Source of the DNA: Mobula hypostoma
Lineage: Eukaryota
DNA: 64,000 nucleotides
Direction: 5' to 3'
Assembly: GCF_963921235.1 (NCBI RefSeq)
Contig: NC_086097.1
Location: 224,504,001-224,568,000 of the forward strand
Each line of letters opens with the position of its first letter. Position 1 is the first letter of the stretch. Positions 61,901-64,000 of this stretch are shown here, in pieces. A model generated the notes under the pieces. The model did not search any database. It saw only the letters and a list, made by a program, of their open reading frames with translations, and had not been told where the DNA came from. Position numbers and translations under genes: made by a program.

Positions 61901-63340
61901 ACCGGCTATACGCCCCACATGTAGATCTTTGCCACCCGGGGGTCACCCGGCTTTTCCACTTCGTGAAAGCCCGGAACCTGCCTTACTCTCTTGAGGAGAT
62001 CAGGACGATGACCAGGGACTGCCAAGTCTGCGCAGAGTGCAAACCGCACTTCTACTGACCCGAAAAAGCACAACTAATCAAGGCCACCCGCCCCTTTGAG
62101 CTACTGGGTGTTGACTTTAAGGGCCCCCTTCCCTCCACCGACCGCAATGTGTACTTTCTTAACGTAATTGACAAGTACTCGCGGTTCCCCTTCACCATCC
62201 CCTGCCCCGACACCACTACCACGTCAGTTATAAAAGCCCTGCGCAAGCTCTTCACTCTGTTCAGATACCCATGCTATATCCACAGTGACAGAGGGTCCAC
62301 GTTTATGAGTGACGAGCTGCACCAATACCTGCTGGCTACGGGAATTGCAACCAGTAGGACCACTAGCTATAATCCCCGGGGGAATGGACAGGTAGAGAAG
62401 GAGAATGGCACAGTGTGGAAAGCCACACTCTTAGCTCTCAGGTCAAAGGGACTGCCGGTCTCCCGCTGGCAGGAGGTCCTTCCCGAGGCACTCCACTCCA
62501 TCCGCTCCCTGTTATGCACAGCCACCAATGCCACCCCTCATGAGCGGCTCTTTTCTTTTCCCAGAAAGTCGACCACTGGGACCACCCTACCATCTTGGCT
62601 GACGTCCCCGGGGCCAGTGCTGCTTCGGAAACATGCGAGGAGCAATAAATACTGCCCAATGGTCAAGAGGATTCACTTATTTCATGCGAACCCTCAGTAT
62701 GCCTATGTGGTTTTACCTGATGGGAGGGAGGGCACGGTCTCCATCCGCGACCTGGCGCCCACAGGAGCACTGGGCCCCTACCCTGAACACTCCATGGTGA
62801 CTATTAACCCCATACCCCCCGATGTATGTACTCATGAGACACCGCACACTCCAAACCCTATACAGACACCACACGACACTCCCATACCGGGCGCGACGCA
62901 CACGCACGAAGGATTAGCAACGCCTAACGTGCTGACACCTTAAGTCATGCCGAAGCCAGCACAACCGCCATCGCCGGTGCAATCACCGCCGATGCTACGT
63001 AGATCACAGCGACGGATTCGACCGCCTGATAGACTTAACCTGTAAATATACTTGTAAATATTGTCAGTCACTTCACCTCGCGGGACTCTTTTTAAAAAAA
63101 GGAGGGGTGAATGTGGTAAACCATGTATATATGTTGTAACTGGGTTAACTGTCAGGACTCACCCCTCTGCTGACTGCCCCTGTGGCTCCTCCCACAGATT
63201 CCTGTATAAAGGTGTTCACCTTGCTCCTCCCCCTCAGTCCGGGGGCAGACACTCACCATGGAGGTCGTATTGTACAGCGAATAAAAGCCTTTCAGTATTT
63301 TACCCAACCTCAGTCTTTTGGAGGCATTGAAGGTGCTTCA
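58932..63340 (+). mobile_element. Gypsy element B: structurally complete Ty3/Gypsy LTR retrotransposon with a disrupted gag-pol (59187-62943)
   Basis: 229-bp LTRs TG...CA (58932-59160; 63112-63340; 11 differences by eye); 5-bp TSD AACAA; PPT 63094-63111; zinc knuckles CYFCGLEKH..C / CSSCGKKGHFAKVC; protease LFDTGS; RT RMVVDY, IDLKSAYHQ, PFG, YLDN; RNase H ESDA, EKEAQAI; integrase HHCC and VDFKGP/HSDRGS/NGQVE in PR-RT-RH-IN order; several stops and frameshifts. Confidence 0.96.
59025..59030 (+). promoter_or_regulatory. TATA box in the Gypsy B 5' LTR (AATAAA at 59100-59105)
   Basis: TATAAA and AATAAA are both conserved in the two LTRs. Confidence 0.6.
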
Positions 63341-63567
63341 AACAATGCATGCTGTGAAAACAGAAAGGGAGATCACAAGGCATTTCCCATAGCAAAGAGG
63401 GAGGATCAAACAGTAAACGCAGCAAGTGAGGAGGCATGCACATCCCAAAGAAGTGTCGTGCTTACGGAAAATCCTGCAATAGTTGTGGAAAGAGGAATCA
63501 TTTTGCAAAGTGCTGCAAAGCTGGGACTACCAAGGGAAAGGTGCACATGGTTAAATTATGAGAACAC

Positions 63568-63950
63568 TCAGTCCTCTTTTATTGTCATTTAGAAATGCAT
63601 ACATGCATTAAGAAATGATACAATGTTTCTCTGGAGTGATATCACAGAAAACAGGACCAAAGACTAACACTGACAGAACCACATAATTATAACATACAGT
63701 TACAACAGTGCAAAGCAACACCATAATTTGATGAAGAACAAACTATGGGCACGGTAAAAAAAGTCTCAAAAGTCCCCGAGTCGATCGACTCCCGAGTCCT
63801 CGATAACAGGTGGCAAAAGGGAGAAACTCCCTGCCATAAACCTCCAGGCACCGTCAACTTGCCGATGCCTTGGAAGCAGCCTACCACAGCCGACACTGAG
63901 TCCATCCGTCTGAGAACTTCCAGCCTCCGACCAGCCCCTCCAATACAGCC
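63568..63950 (-). mobile_element. Unclassified retroposon 3' region with a Rex/L2-like tail
   Basis: Begins with the tttattgtcattt tail signature shared with other LINE ends in the window. Confidence 0.4.
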
Positions 63951-64000
63951 GAGGAAATGAAGGAAGTCCTTGTAGATTTTCTACAGACTGCAGGTGCTGG

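Larger units (their letters stand above)
57669..63560 (+). mobile_element. Gypsy element A (degraded): 5' LTR 57669-57891, tRNA-Leu-type PBS, gag remnant from 58054; interrupted by a CR1 piece (58277-58614) and by Gypsy B
   Basis: LTR ends TGTTATGT...ACATAACA; PBS TGGTGTCAGAAGT at 57892; gag NLADNWKCFKQ, HVIGEDA, FEEYFVPSNNIIFERHKFFSCEQKQG..SCEFGDLRDSLVKDRIVCGI. 3' extent uncertain. Confidence 0.85.

Overview
Eukaryotic (vertebrate) genomic DNA; the repeat families suggest a cartilaginous fish, probably a ray (inference). The window holds one protein-coding gene, PI15 (peptidase inhibitor 15, CAP/CRISP family), on the + strand. It has a putative non-coding exon 1 (~13300-13451) and five coding exons (13781-14050, 34393-34511, 38945-39077, 39174-39289, 45999-46134) that splice through GT-AG introns into an intact 257-aa ORF. 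Most of the rest is densely nested transposable-element sequence: CR1, Rex1/Babar, RTE, Nimb/I and R4/Dong LINEs; tRNA-derived SINEs; a Tc1 transposon; hAT and Tc1 MITEs; Penelope-like elements (PLEs); and two nested Ty3/Gypsy LTR elements. Top observations: (1) A structurally complete Gypsy element (58932-63340) has no tRNA primer-binding site. Instead a 16-nt tract after the 5' LTR is complementary to the LTR's own poly(A)-signal region (candidate self-priming and/or poly(A) masking), and its RT motif is YLDN rather than YxDD. (2) Tandem minimal hammerhead ribozymes in a PLE flank a 665-nt GIY-YIG-bearing unit, and a solo intact-looking hammerhead sits in sense orientation in PI15 intron 2. 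(3) An in-frame upstream AUG could extend the PI15 N-terminus. (4) A perfect 181-bp duplication brackets a composite insert. All family calls come from motif recognition by eye; no database search was run.
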